64,000 nucleotides of DNA. Source: a virus (taxonomy: Duplodnaviria; Caudoviricetes). The stretch covers positions 1 through 64,000 of the IMG/VR virus record IMGVR_UViG_3300013121_000041. The stretch is one strand, 5' to 3'. Below are positions 27,300 to 36,906 of this stretch, piece by piece. The notes under the pieces were generated by a model. The model saw only the letters and a program-made list of their open reading frames with translations, searched no databases and had not been told where the DNA came from. Each line of letters begins with the position of its first letter. The first letter of the stretch is position 1. The position numbers and the translations under genes were made by a program.

Positions 27300-27926
27300 C
27301 TAGCCGATGACATCACACACCTCTTTCGCGAGATTATGGTAGGGGACGAGCACGACGTTCGATGCCCTGATGTCACGGATCGTTTTGATCCGTCTGGGGA
27401 GAACGATCTTAAACACCGTCGTCGGATTCTGACGGACGAACCAATTGAAATATTGAACGCGCCGTTTCGTATCCTCAAAAGAAGCCCGCGTCTCCGGTTT
27501 TCCCGGCATCAGATTGGACACCGACTCCCGACCTTCGATGATACAATCGAAACCGAAGACGTAGAGTGGGTTCAAATTCATGCGGATCGCGGCCTTCATT
27601 GCCAGCATCCCGGAATTTGACCTCGGAGTCTGAGTTCCGGCCGGAATGTCGCGTCCCGTCACCTCGCGCCAATACGACAGTTCTTCGTTTAACTCCTCCT
27701 CGGGGTCGAAGATCGACCGCTCTTTCGGCCAGCCGAACTCGCGCATTTCCTCACGACGATATTCCTCCATCGCGACGACGTAATCCGGGAGATCGTATTT
27801 GTGGAGATCGTTCTCTTTATAGACGGCGTTGCAGCCGATGACGACACCACGACCCCTCAAAAAAACGGGGTCGAAGTCTTCGCGCGTCTCGCCGTTACAC
27901 AGGATGAATGCCGCCGTCATGACCAC
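27300..27926 (-). CDS. DUF115/MptE-like (sialyltransferase-like fold) protein
   Basis: AFILCNGETR, IGCNAVY, PDYVVA, NSG..A, LYVFGFD. Confidence 0.55.
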   Translation of the reverse strand: MVMTAAFILCNGETREDFDPVFLRGRGVVIGCNAVYKENDLHKYDLPDYVVAMEEYRREEMREFGWPKERSIFDPEEELNEELSYWREVTGRDIPAGTQTPRSNSGMLAMKAAIRMNLNPLYVFGFDCIIEGRESVSNLMPGKPETRASFEDTKRRVQYFNWFVRQNPTTVFKIVLPRRIKTIRDIRASNVVLVPYHNLAKEVCDVIG

Positions 27927-28573
27927 AGACTCCTGTAATATTTACCGAACAAGCGGAGGCCGTTTTGAATGCGGTCGTCGTGCCTTTTCACACCGTCACG
28001 ATCGACGACGGGTTCCCGCTTCCACTTGAGTTCCCACCCTTCATCAGTTTGACCGCTATCGAAATCAATTTCACCACACTCAATGTGAAATTGATCCTCA
28101 CCACAGTCATCGGTCGCCAATTGTTCGAACGTCCAGATGATCTCGTCAATGACGTAGTCCCACCGGACGTGAAAAAACTCGTCCGTGTCGTATTCATTTT
28201 CAACGGGAGGGGCGGCCGTTTTCCTGATATTTTCCGGAACGTCTTCATCGTCGACGTATGGAGACCCGTGTTTCTCCTCCTTCAATTGTCGAAGGAGAGG
28301 GAGTACGATCAACGCGAGCGTGTGATCCATACCCCAAGTGTCCCACGGATCGATCCTTATTTTTATGGTGCGTTTCCGACGGCCGTGAACCCAGTTCAGG
28401 AATTTGTCGATGCGCCCACCCTTCATATAATCGAAAATCACGTCCCTCGTCCGTTCCGGGACGCCGATAAATTTAAGGAGACCGATGATCTGCCACGGTC
28501 CCCAAAAATTCAAATATCGTCCAATTTTCACGCGCATGTCATCACCAAAAAACATGGGGGCCATCGCCCCCAT
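27917..28573 (-). CDS. Conserved phage hypothetical protein
   Basis: IDPWDTWGMDHTLA..HGSP.VD.EDVP..RWDYV.DE..GLRLFGKYY..LW. Confidence 0.7.
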   Translation of the reverse strand: MGAMAPMFFGDDMRVKIGRYLNFWGPWQIIGLLKFIGVPERTRDVIFDYMKGGRIDKFLNWVHGRRKRTIKIRIDPWDTWGMDHTLALIVLPLLRQLKEEKHGSPYVDDEDVPENIRKTAAPPVENEYDTDEFFHVRWDYVIDEIIWTFEQLATDDCGEDQFHIECGEIDFDSGQTDEGWELKWKREPVVDRDGVKRHDDRIQNGLRLFGKYYRSLWS

Positions 28574-28578
28574 GAAAT

Positions 28579-28746
28579 TTATCCTGTCTTCTTTTTAACC
28601 GTTTTCTTGGCCTTGTCAATTACCTGATCGGCGCTATTCGCGGCCGTGTCGGCAACCTTTCCAAAAAGTTTCGGCCAATTGTGATAGACGGCGATGGCGA
28701 TACCGGCACCGACGACGACCCACAGTGTGATCCAAATGACTTCCAT
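28579..28746 (-). CDS. Small single-pass membrane protein (55 aa)
   Basis: Not in the ORF track. MEVIWITLWVVVGAGIAIAVYHNW...KKKTG; AAGGAGG RBS and ATAAATA upstream. Confidence 0.7.
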   Translation of the reverse strand: MEVIWITLWVVVGAGIAIAVYHNWPKLFGKVADTAANSADQVIDKAKKTVKKKTG

Positions 28747-28808
28747 GATGTCCTCCTTGTCACATATTTATCGGTTCCCAGTAGGAACCTTCCTGACCCG
28801 TTTCATCA

Positions 28809-29765
28809 TTATTTTTCCATCGACCGAAGCAGGGATTCCCACTGGACGATCCTCGTCGCCCAATTGTATTTCAACCGGACGTACCGCTGTGCGGCGATCA
28901 TGTTGTTAACGAGCGTCTGATTACGACACTTCTGAATGGCGTCCGCCAGATTCGCGGCGAAAATATTGGCGTGATTGTTCGGATTCTCGTGAAATCGATA
29001 CATCCAGCCGAAGCCACCGAGGGTTTCCGGCAACGCCCCATAATCCGACGACACGACGAGGGTCCCCGCCGACATCGCCTCGATCGCCGCGAGGCATGAT
29101 GTTTCCTCCCAACAACTTGGAAATGCGAAGATGTGCGCCCTCTTCAAATACTCACGCACCTCGTCGTTCGGTTTCGTCCCATGATATTCGATCTGCGGGT
29201 GCGCCCGACAACGTTCGAACAATTCGGCGTATGGTTCGTCGCGGTTCTCCCATCCGTAGATCGAGAACGACGAGAACACGTCGAGGTGAACGTTCGGATT
29301 CGTTTCGGCTATCTTCTCAAATACAGGAACGAGAATTTCGAGACCCCTGTGCGGGGTCGTGTGGTATATTAGGTTTACCCGATCCGTCGGCTTATCCGCC
29401 GGATTGCAGTCGATCGGATCGATGGCGTTTTCCAAAACGATGGATTCCGAATAGGGGACGCCGTGCGTCAAGTGGTATCCCTGAAACTGATGGTTCGACA
29501 CGAAGACCAGCTTCTCGAACCGCCAACGTGATGTGGGGTCCGCCAGATGTTCCGACTCCGGGTCCGACGCCAGATCGTGGAGCCAGAGGATTTTCTTTTT
29601 TTTGTCGTCGAGGTCGCGCACACGCGAACAGACGATCTGCCACCGATCCTTCACATCCGTCGGCAGACGTTCCATCAGCGTTCGGAACATCCTCTCGGTT
29701 CCGCCGTTGGATTTTTCATAGATGCCGTTTTCGTTCGGGCTGTCGTCGACGAACGTGTACTTCAT
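28809..29765 (-). CDS. GT4-family glycosyltransferase
   Basis: GGTE, LWLHD, FVS..Q, PHRGL, FPSCWEETSC.AAIEAM.AG..GALPE. Confidence 0.88.
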   Translation of the reverse strand: MKYTFVDDSPNENGIYEKSNGGTERMFRTLMERLPTDVKDRWQIVCSRVRDLDDKKKKILWLHDLASDPESEHLADPTSRWRFEKLVFVSNHQFQGYHLTHGVPYSESIVLENAIDPIDCNPADKPTDRVNLIYHTTPHRGLEILVPVFEKIAETNPNVHLDVFSSFSIYGWENRDEPYAELFERCRAHPQIEYHGTKPNDEVREYLKRAHIFAFPSCWEETSCLAAIEAMSAGTLVVSSDYGALPETLGGFGWMYRFHENPNNHANIFAANLADAIQKCRNQTLVNNMIAAQRYVRLKYNWATRIVQWESLLRSMEK

Positions 29766-30229
29766 TCCCAAAACTCCAACGTTCCGTTCCACTTTTTTTC
29801 AATCGCCTCGATGACCGCAGGTTTGACGACGGCCCAATCGAGGCCGCCGAGACCGCACCCAACCTTTGGCATGGCCACACCACCGACACCACCGATCGTC
29901 AACAGTTCTGCGGCGATGTCCGCAGAACGGACGACCCACGACAATTCTGATTTCCTACTGGGGACGATCTTCGTCGGGAACATGAGGATCGTCTTGTCTC
30001 CGCCCCATATCGTCCGTTGATAGAGCATCGGCCGAATCAGTTCCTTATCGATAAATGAATTGCGGGCGAACAACCGTGACTCCTCATTGAAGGCGTCACA
30101 TTGCTTTGGGTAGCGCCTCTTGAAAGCGAGGGCCAGACCAGCACCCATAATCCCGACGGAGTTAACCGGGTTCGTGATGCACTCAAGGTCGGTGGTAAAC
30201 ATGTCACCACGGCGTTCGACGACGATCAT
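29762..30229 (-). CDS. Macrodomain ADP-ribose hydrolase (DarG/TARG1-like)
   Basis: GDMF..NPVNSVGIMGAGLA.AFK..YP, FPTK, PKVGCGLGGLDW. Confidence 0.88.
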   Translation of the reverse strand: MIVVERRGDMFTTDLECITNPVNSVGIMGAGLALAFKRRYPKQCDAFNEESRLFARNSFIDKELIRPMLYQRTIWGGDKTILMFPTKIVPSRKSELSWVVRSADIAAELLTIGGVGGVAMPKVGCGLGGLDWAVVKPAVIEAIEKKWNGTLEFWE

Positions 30230-30379
30230 GTGTGCACAATGTGGTTCATTTTCACACATTCATATCGAACGTAATATGCAAGATGCGCCTCTTCATTTTA
30301 TTTGACCTCCACAATGACGGCAATGAACGCCGCGACCACAACCACGAAAAACACCATGAGGATCATTTCCGTTGACATT

Positions 30380-30583
30380 TCATTCTCCCACTTTCCTTTT
30401 CCAGACGTCGGCCACCCACATTCGAAAATGATACATTGGAACTATGACTCCATACATCACCACCATCATCATGACTAATGCGACGACGATCGTCGCATAG
30501 ATGGGAAAACTGATCGGAGCCGTCAGAAGAAACGCCCTGCGCCACGGCAGGGACCAAGATTTCGGAGAGATAAATTTGTCCAC
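30380..30583 (-). CDS. Small membrane protein
   Basis: Long hydrophobic segment; GAGG RBS. Confidence 0.45.
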   Translation of the reverse strand: MDKFISPKSWSLPWRRAFLLTAPISFPIYATIVVALVMMMVVMYGVIVPMYHFRMWVADVWKRKVGE

Positions 30584-30639
30584 GTCGCCCTCAATAAAAA
30601 AGAAGGGGGATCATACCCCCCTTCTTCAAATATTGCAAG

Positions 30640-31269
30640 TTACCCCGGAAGACGATAGTCGAGGGCCGCCCTGTGTTGAGGGACCTCCCGCCATCCCCCA
30701 CGACCGGGGTTCCAGATGTAGACGACGCCGTTCTCCACACGAGAAACGATGGCGACGTGCCCGCTCTTCGAACGCGGTCCCCCGCGATGATAGACGGCGA
30801 CGGCACCCGGCGTCGGACTGGTTGAACGCCCCCAATTGAGGAACGATTTTGCCATGGCCGATCCCGTCCCCTGAATCCCCCTGCGGGCGAGTTCAGCGTT
30901 GACGTTCACAGCACAAACGAGCCTTCCACCGATGTACCGCGCCGGTTGACTGATCCCTGCGGTGGCCCAACTCACGGTGTCACGAATCTGCCGACCTCTC
31001 GGTCCGATCCTCTCCATAGGATAGGATGAAGGATACGTCCTTCCAGTTTCGTACTCTGCGCTCGGTGTGATAACGACAGTGTTTACCGCCGCCCTCTTTC
31101 CGTGACGAACGCGAACCTGCGCTTGCGCCGTCGTTCCCTGTGATCCGAAGACCGCAGAGAAGATGTTCGGAGTCTCAACGACACGGCGTTGCCGTGCGGT
31201 CGCCTCATGATGAGAGGCGACCAGAGTCAAGAGACCGATCACCACGATGAGTGGTCGTGATACTTTCAT
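30640..31269 (-). CDS. Secreted CHAP/NlpC-like peptidoglycan amidase
   Basis: Signal peptide; CAVNVN..GTGSAMAKSFLNWG..PGAVAV..GHVAIV (Cys-His). Confidence 0.72.
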   Translation of the reverse strand: MKVSRPLIVVIGLLTLVASHHEATARQRRVVETPNIFSAVFGSQGTTAQAQVRVRHGKRAAVNTVVITPSAEYETGRTYPSSYPMERIGPRGRQIRDTVSWATAGISQPARYIGGRLVCAVNVNAELARRGIQGTGSAMAKSFLNWGRSTSPTPGAVAVYHRGGPRSKSGHVAIVSRVENGVVYIWNPGRGGWREVPQHRAALDYRLPG

Positions 31270-31329
31270 GTCTTCTCCTTAGTTTGCCAATTGGCATCGT
31301 CTATTTAATATAATAAAGGAAGTCAACTG

Positions 31330-31626
31330 TTGAAAAATGACATGATTATAGATGCAACAATGCGAATCGTTGCCAACAACCTCGAACAATTGGGGTGTGT
31401 CGTCAAAAAATATGACCATCGGTGTGTGGTTTTCACATATCGATGGTTGACGTTCGAACTCCACATCACACCGTGGGAAGACAAAATCATCGCCTCTGTT
31501 TACACAGAGGGGCAGACCGCGTTGATACGAAATTCAATTGAAGAAAGTGGAAGGTGGTGGATCGGATCGCCGACGGTCATCGCCGCAGATGCAATCAGAA
31601 GCATTCGGTTATGGTGGCAGGACTGA
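31330..31626 (+). CDS. Hypothetical protein
   Basis: 98-aa ORF divergent from the CHAP gene, after an AT-rich gap. Confidence 0.45.
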   Translation: MKNDMIIDATMRIVANNLEQLGCVVKKYDHRCVVFTYRWLTFELHITPWEDKIIASVYTEGQTALIRNSIEESGRWWIGSPTVIAADAIRSIRLWWQD

Positions 31627-32220
31627 AAGATCGACGATCGCCACGTCTACAGTCCTGTTCGAACGCAAGGCTTTCAGCACTTGGTCGCGACCCTCTCGCC
31701 ATTCACCGTCGACGATGGCGATCTTGATCGTCTCGTCATCGATGGCTTCATCGATCTCCATCGTCGTTCCGACGACTCCGATCAAAACCCAAAAATCGAT
31801 TCGCCCCTCTACGTTCTTCCAATATCCCCATCTTCCGTCGCGCTCCACGATCGTCAAATCGGGGACGACTCGCTGCATCCACTCGTTCAACGTTCCGGTG
31901 CCGTAAATCGATCGCCACTTTCGTTTTTCGACGGTCCACCCTTTCGCCCGCAGATGGGCGGCGCGCGTCTCTTCGTCCATGTCCCTCAATTCCGGGACGT
32001 AATCAAGGAGCGGTCGATCATTCAAAAAATGCCAGTCTCCCAACCATTCGACGGCGAGCGTCTTGCCGGACCATTCACGTTCGAGCGTTTCAGTCACGTC
32101 GACGAACGTCGTCCTCTCATCATCGGGATCATCGGAAATCAAAAATTTTCGCATCGCAGATGCGATCGTCTTCGAGCCATGGGGGAGGACGACGGCGGCC
32201 CGCGCGTTCACAGTCGCCAT
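31609..32220 (-). CDS. Hypothetical protein
   Basis: 203 aa, coupled to ung. Confidence 0.55.
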   Translation of the reverse strand: MATVNARAAVVLPHGSKTIASAMRKFLISDDPDDERTTFVDVTETLEREWSGKTLAVEWLGDWHFLNDRPLLDYVPELRDMDEETRAAHLRAKGWTVEKRKWRSIYGTGTLNEWMQRVVPDLTIVERDGRWGYWKNVEGRIDFWVLIGVVGTTMEIDEAIDDETIKIAIVDGEWREGRDQVLKALRSNRTVDVAIVDLSVLPP

Positions 32221-32843
32221 TCTATCCTCCCCGTTTTCAACGCAGCGTTAACGCGAGAGAACGGCCGCGATCCGAAGAAACCACGATGTGCGCTCAACGG
32301 TGATGGGTGTGGTGATTCGATGATAGGATGCCATGGTGGAATGGACGATTTGAATTCCCCCGCGTGGTTCCCCCATAGAACCCAAACGACGTCATCGTTC
32401 TCGGACACGGCGGCAATGATCTCTGCGATGAGCGATCTCCACCCCAAATCCTTGTGCGATCCCGGAGACCCGGCCTCCACGGTCAACGCCGTGTTCAAAA
32501 GAAGGACCCCCTGTTTCGCCCACGGCGTCAGATCGCCGGTCGTCGGCTCAGGACAGCCGACGTCATCGACGAGTTCCTTGAAGATATTCATCAGCGATGG
32601 TGGTGGTTTCTGGCCGGGATTGACCGAGAACGCCAGACCATTGGCGACGCCCGGCGTATGATAGGGGTCTTGTCCGATGATCACGACGCGCGTCTCCGCC
32701 GGTTTGAAGAAAGAGAGGGCCGCAAAAATACGATCAGGTTCGGGCAGAATGATCTTGCCGGTCTCCTGCCGTCGCCGCAATTCATCGACGATCCCCGGAA
32801 GACGTTCCTTGAAGAAGGGGAGGTCGGTCCAACGGTCGATCAT
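32208..32843 (-). CDS. ung: Uracil-DNA glycosylase (family 1)
   Basis: GQDPYH, GLAFS, PPSL.NI, GVLLLN..LTV, HPSPLS. Confidence 0.95.
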   Translation of the reverse strand: MIDRWTDLPFFKERLPGIVDELRRRQETGKIILPEPDRIFAALSFFKPAETRVVIIGQDPYHTPGVANGLAFSVNPGQKPPPSLMNIFKELVDDVGCPEPTTGDLTPWAKQGVLLLNTALTVEAGSPGSHKDLGWRSLIAEIIAAVSENDDVVWVLWGNHAGEFKSSIPPWHPIIESPHPSPLSAHRGFFGSRPFSRVNAALKTGRIEWRL

Positions 32844-33088
32844 ATGACGCCATTGATGACGATGATCTCCGACGGAACGTCGGCAAACTTGACGTTATTG
32901 TACATCGTGATGGCAACGTCGAGGGCCACGGCCGGATCGGAAAACAGACGACCCTCGTCCAGCAATTTGTCGGCGACGTCATCTTCGGCGATCCGATTAT
33001 CAACGTCGGTTCGCTCGCCCACGACTTCGATGACGCCGAACTTATCGTTGATCGGAGTTATGACTATCCACCGCATCTCGTCAACCAA
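32840..33088 (-). CDS. Hypothetical protein
   Basis: Coupled short ORF. Confidence 0.5.
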   Translation of the reverse strand: MVDEMRWIVITPINDKFGVIEVVGERTDVDNRIAEDDVADKLLDEGRLFSDPAVALDVAITMYNNVKFADVPSEIIVINGVI

Positions 33089-33323
33089 GTTTCGGCCTCG
33101 TCGAGGACTGGACGCAATTCAACGTCACATCCTGACGTTTCAAGAGACGACCATCGTACAAGATGGTCCCCTTCTCGAAAGCCTCATCCACCTTCATGGC
33201 TATGCGCGGGAGGTTCGACGTACATTCAGCGAGCGTGAATGGAACCGGCCCCCACGCACCGACGGTCTTCCCCATGATGACGGCGATGATCCAGACTTCA
33301 ATCACCGGCCCTCTCCTTCTCAA
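33081..33323 (-). CDS. Hypothetical protein
   Basis: Coupled short ORF; start probably internal (VIEVW). Confidence 0.45.
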   Translation of the reverse strand: MRRRGPVIEVWIIAVIMGKTVGAWGPVPFTLAECTSNLPRIAMKVDEAFEKGTILYDGRLLKRQDVTLNCVQSSTRPKLG

Positions 33324-33609
33324 GGCGGGCCTTGGCCCGTTGAAAAAACACCCTGATCTCTCGACTCTGTTGCCGACACTTCGACAACGTAGCCTGCATC
33401 GTGAGGATGACGTGACCGACCTCGGCGTCCGTCATCGTATCGACATTGGGGACGGCGATCTTCGCGTCGGCACAGGACGTCGTGATGGGTGGTGGTGTGA
33501 GTGGAACGAATTGTGTCTTCGTGACCGTCTTCGTCGTTTCACAGCCACCGAGAATGGCGGCGACGCTGGCGACCGCGAGAAATTTAATTGCCGGACGAAC
33601 TCTCCGCAT
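33298..33609 (-). CDS. Putative o-spanin (Rz1-like lipoprotein)
   Basis: Lipobox LGGC, Pro-rich segment, overlaps the 3' end of the upstream TM/coiled-coil gene. Confidence 0.7.
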   Translation of the reverse strand: MRRVRPAIKFLAVASVAAILGGCETTKTVTKTQFVPLTPPPITTSCADAKIAVPNVDTMTDAEVGHVILTMQATLSKCRQQSREIRVFFQRAKARLEKERAGD

Positions 33610-33955
33610 CGCGAACTCTCCTCATAATCTCTTTGATGTAATCGGACGCCATATTACCAGCGTCCTTCCGCTTTGCCAACTGAAATTCCGCCTCGGAGAG
33701 GGCCGTCTCGACGTCCCTCTGCTTCTTCGCGATTTCCTCGATCGAACGATCACGTTCGGCCGCGAGGTCCTTCAACAGGACCATTTCTTTTTCTTTGTCG
33801 GCGATCGTCTGTTCGAGTTGTGCGTTCTCGATCTTCAAACGTCCGTTCTGCTGTATGAGAGTTTTAAGCTGCCACCACGCACCACCGGCAAGTGCAACGA
33901 CGACGGCCCCGGCGATGACCTTCGCCCAAATACTCGCGAACAATCCGGCGAACAT
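33584..33955 (-). CDS. Putative i-spanin (Rz-like)
   Basis: N-terminal TM helix plus coiled coil. Confidence 0.7.
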   Translation of the reverse strand: MFAGLFASIWAKVIAGAVVVALAGGAWWQLKTLIQQNGRLKIENAQLEQTIADKEKEMVLLKDLAAERDRSIEEIAKKQRDVETALSEAEFQLAKRKDAGNMASDYIKEIMRRVRDAESSSGN

Positions 33956-33967
33956 GGTGATCTCCTT

Positions 33968-34318
33968 TTAACTGATGCAGACCGTTCCCACGCCAGAAAA
34001 GCCGATGGCTCTTGCGGCACCTGTACTCAGATCGATGTGTCGACCGCGAATGAACGGGCCACGATCGTTGATCCTGACGACGACACTCCTTCCAGTACGC
34101 GGGTTCGTGACGGTCACACGCGATCCGAACGGCATCGTCCTGTGGGCGGCCGTCAAACCATGGGGATTGAACCGTTCGCCGGACGCCGTGCGGGTGCCAC
34201 TCTCTGAACCATAATGCGATGCGACGACCTTGTTGCAGCCGAAGGCGACGGCATTAGCCTCTCCGATCCCGAATGAACAGGCGAAGGCGAAGGCGAAACT
34301 CGCGATGATCTTTTTCAA
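33968..34318 (-). CDS. rlpA: RlpA-like lytic transglycosylase (DPBB)
   Basis: [34 protein letters not shown]. Confidence 0.92.
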   Translation of the reverse strand: MKKIIASFAFAFACSFGIGEANAVAFGCNKVVASHYGSESGTRTASGERFNPHGLTAAHRTMPFGSRVTVTNPRTGRSVVVRINDRGPFIRGRHIDLSTGAARAIGFSGVGTVCIS

Positions 34319-34716
34319 TTCTCACTCCACTCCGTTGAATACGAAACGTCCTGTCCACCGCGTCCCCGCAGGATCATCGTGGAGGTCGTCCTCTTTGGAT
34401 TAAAATATTTGGTGACGACGTCTTCGACGACATCCCCATCGAAATCCTTGCACGAATGGACGTTGAGATAAATCTCTCCGGTCGCATCGACGAAATGTGC
34501 AGTGATGGCGCTCGTCTCGATGGCCTGAAAAAGTGTGAACCCGCCCTTGGACGGATCGTGGGTGGCGAAGTGTTCGATCCACGGATCACCGTATGCCTTC
34601 ATGTCGATCCGTTCGACGAGTTCCTTCGTGAACGCCGCTACGTTATCCCGTGATGTGATCTTGTCAACGTCCGCGCCGTCACATGCGACGAGCAGTTCAT
34701 ATCCCCAGTAATCCAT
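34315..34716 (-). CDS. speD: S-adenosylmethionine decarboxylase proenzyme-like
   Basis: [32 protein letters not shown]. Confidence 0.75.
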   Translation of the reverse strand: MDYWGYELLVACDGADVDKITSRDNVAAFTKELVERIDMKAYGDPWIEHFATHDPSKGGFTLFQAIETSAITAHFVDATGEIYLNVHSCKDFDGDVVEDVVTKYFNPKRTTSTMILRGRGGQDVSYSTEWSEN

Positions 34717-34727
34717 CGATCTCTCCG

Positions 34728-35273
34728 TCAGTTCATTTTACGAAGGAAGAACGTCGCATCGGCGTCCACGTTCATCTTGTTCTTCACGGTGTCCCCCAGT
34801 GTGAGGGACCGCTTATTTATCCGACGGCGCGGGTGATACCACCCGGAATCGTAGAACGTCAACGTCCTGTCCGTCGTCGTGATGGCCACCGTCCAATGGG
34901 CCACCGGATTGTTGAGGCCGACGATCGCCACGGTGTTCCCGACGGACATCTCGTTTTCAAGGTGTGAGAGCCAGTCGTTGATCCTCACGAACGAACCGCT
35001 CGGCGGCCTGAACCAGACGATCTCCGCCCCGTAGATGATGTTCGCCGCCTCGACGGCAGTTTCCATGATTTTCTTCATGTCGGTCATCGTCAGACCGTCG
35101 ATCATGACGCCGGGAAATTTTTCAGCGATGGTGAGGACCATTTTCTTGAAAATTTTCCTCGCACCCGGCTTGTCCATATTCGGGATGTTCAAAGACGTGA
35201 GACCGTTGATGATGGCGTAAAAGCCGCACAACGCATCGAAGTGCCCCTGTTCATATGGATCGCCGTTCGCCAT
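34728..35273 (-). CDS. Putative papain-fold (C39-like) cysteine peptidase
   Basis: QG..D.LCGFYAIIN, HWTV, FYDS (Cys-His-Asp); CTAAATA upstream. Confidence 0.5.
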   Translation of the reverse strand: MANGDPYEQGHFDALCGFYAIINGLTSLNIPNMDKPGARKIFKKMVLTIAEKFPGVMIDGLTMTDMKKIMETAVEAANIIYGAEIVWFRPPSGSFVRINDWLSHLENEMSVGNTVAIVGLNNPVAHWTVAITTTDRTLTFYDSGWYHPRRRINKRSLTLGDTVKNKMNVDADATFFLRKMN

Positions 35274-35280
35274 CCTTTAT

Positions 35281-35847
35281 TTAGGGGGGTCCGTACAGGG
35301 GCGGATCAAATCTGGGGACCCATTTGTTCGCCTCCGTCAGTACGGCGATGGTCCCGTCATCTCTGTGGAACGTCATTTCCGACGGTCCCCCACTGACGAC
35401 GGCGAACCCGAGTTTCGGCAAATATCCGACATAAAAGTGGCGGTTTTCCTCAAGCTGTTTGACGAGAACTTCGCCATTTTGCCGAGAGTCGCGGTTGCTA
35501 GCGGCCTGAACAAGCACTCGCTCGCGGGCGGGACCGTTCAGGCCAGAACCGAACCCCTCGGCGGTAGGGAAGACCGTCGCATCAGGGTTCGACTTGCGGG
35601 CGTAGTCGTACATCGCGGCTTCCAACTCGAAGGCCAAGTCGGTTGCACTTGCCTTAAGGCCCAGTGCGCGCAGTTCTCGCATCAGGTCGTCGCACGCATT
35701 TCCGATCACTTCGTTCAGTGCCTTGGCTTGGTCGTAACAACCTTCAGGCGCTTCTTCTGCGCATTGTTTGAAGTGCCCAAGAGCGGTGAGAAGACTTCTG
35801 TTCATGGCGTCGTTCCTTTCGGGTGTCGGGTTGGTGAAACACATCAA
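35281..35847 (-). CDS. Hypothetical early protein
   Basis: First ORF downstream of the leftward promoter; start likely MNRSLL (GAAAGGA RBS). Confidence 0.6.
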   Translation of the reverse strand: MMCFTNPTPERNDAMNRSLLTALGHFKQCAEEAPEGCYDQAKALNEVIGNACDDLMRELRALGLKASATDLAFELEAAMYDYARKSNPDATVFPTAEGFGSGLNGPARERVLVQAASNRDSRQNGEVLVKQLEENRHFYVGYLPKLGFAVVSGGPSEMTFHRDDGTIAVLTEANKWVPRFDPPLYGPP

Positions 35848-35952
35848 AATCCGGTTTCATAGTAGCGCAACGCCGCAGCGTGGCACCGTCCTCACCCGGA
35901 TCACACATACATGATGATTGACATATCGCCCCTCCACCTTGAAAACACCACG

Positions 35953-36003
35953 TCAGATCACCATACAGGAAATTTCATTAAAGTCAAGAACCAATTTCGT
36001 CAA
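35953..36003 (-). promoter_or_regulatory. Early sigma70-type promoter; copy 1 of a 51-bp inverted repeat
   Basis: Reverse complement is identical to 39988-40038; TTGACT-N16-TATGGT. Confidence 0.75.
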
Positions 36004-36093
36004 TGACCACGGCTATCGACACATCCCGACGAACGACGAAATACTTACAAAAGACACCGTTCGGCATTTTCCTAACGTCCATTTTCACGGATT

Positions 36094-36279
36094 TCATGAA
36101 GGCTTCCAATCCTTTGGATCGATGTGACGAACGGGTGACGCAGGACCAAACGTTCCAAGTTTACGATCATTGTACTTCCGTTGTTTTTCCGAAGACCATT
36201 TCGTGAGACCGACGTGTCTTCCAATGGAAGTTGATCCTTTCATGGATTTTGAAATCTTACGTAAACGTGATTTTTTCAT
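36094..36279 (-). CDS. Small basic protein downstream of LexA boxes
   Basis: MKKSRLRKISKS..GTFGPASPVR.ID; AAGGA RBS. Confidence 0.55.
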   Translation of the reverse strand: MKKSRLRKISKSMKGSTSIGRHVGLTKWSSEKQRKYNDRKLGTFGPASPVRHIDPKDWKPS

Positions 36280-36336
36280 GATGTTTCCTTTCACGGCAAA
36301 TGTAAATCGAGATTGAAAAAAATCAACCTTTACTTC

Positions 36337-36424
36337 GTTCACGATTTGTTCTCATTCATGATGGTAATTCTGTTCACGTTTTGTTCTCATTTTTCATCAA
36401 AATAACTTTGTTCACGATTTGTTC
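36337..36424. promoter_or_regulatory. Three alphaproteobacterial LexA (SOS) boxes, GTTC-N7-GTTC
   Basis: GTTCacgatttGTTC 36337-36351, GTTCacgttttGTTC 36372-36386, GTTCacgatttGTTC 36410-36424. Confidence 0.75.
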
Positions 36425-36469
36425 GCGTCAAACACTCTTAATGGATTCAATGAACTCTTTGATTCTGCT

Positions 36470-36845
36470 GGCGATCATCGGTGGTGGGTCTCTAGGTAGC
36501 GGACATCCCACGGACCACAGAGTGATCACGTCGGACGTCCGCTAACCTAGGGGCATCATCGTATGGAGCCGCTCTAGCATCCCGTCCGTCGATCCCCGGC
36601 GAAATGTCACTGACTGCTATCGGTGAGTAGATCGCTCACCGGGACGGCATGGGCCTTCAGCTTTCGCGCGCCCTTCCCGTTTATCCGTCCTTCCCACAGT
36701 ACGGGAGAGATCATCACCGCTGTCGTTGTCCGTAATCCCCGACCAGTGATGACGACGTTCGACACTGGAACCATTAATCCCGGAGGATGGTGCAGTGGCG
36801 TTCGCCTTTCGAATCGAGCCTCCTTAGACCCGTCGATCTGACTCG
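36470..36845 (-). ncRNA. Candidate structured non-coding RNA of unknown family
   Basis: No convincing ORF; at least six inverted-repeat stems; TTGACA-N17-TAAATA promoter at 36874-36846 points into it. Confidence 0.45.
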
Positions 36846-36906
36846 TATTTAGTCGGATTTTATTCCCATGTCAACACCCCTTTAATAAATAATCGAGAGG
36901 TGGATC

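Noticed and set aside
36337-36424. Possible CRISPR mini-array
   Set aside because: Repeats are only ~15-20 bp with ~20-bp AT-rich spacers, there are three units and no cas genes, and they match LexA boxes better.
36470-36845. RNase P RNA or group I intron identity for the structured element
   Set aside because: No GAGGAAAGTCC P4 signature and no interrupted host gene; kept as an unknown element.
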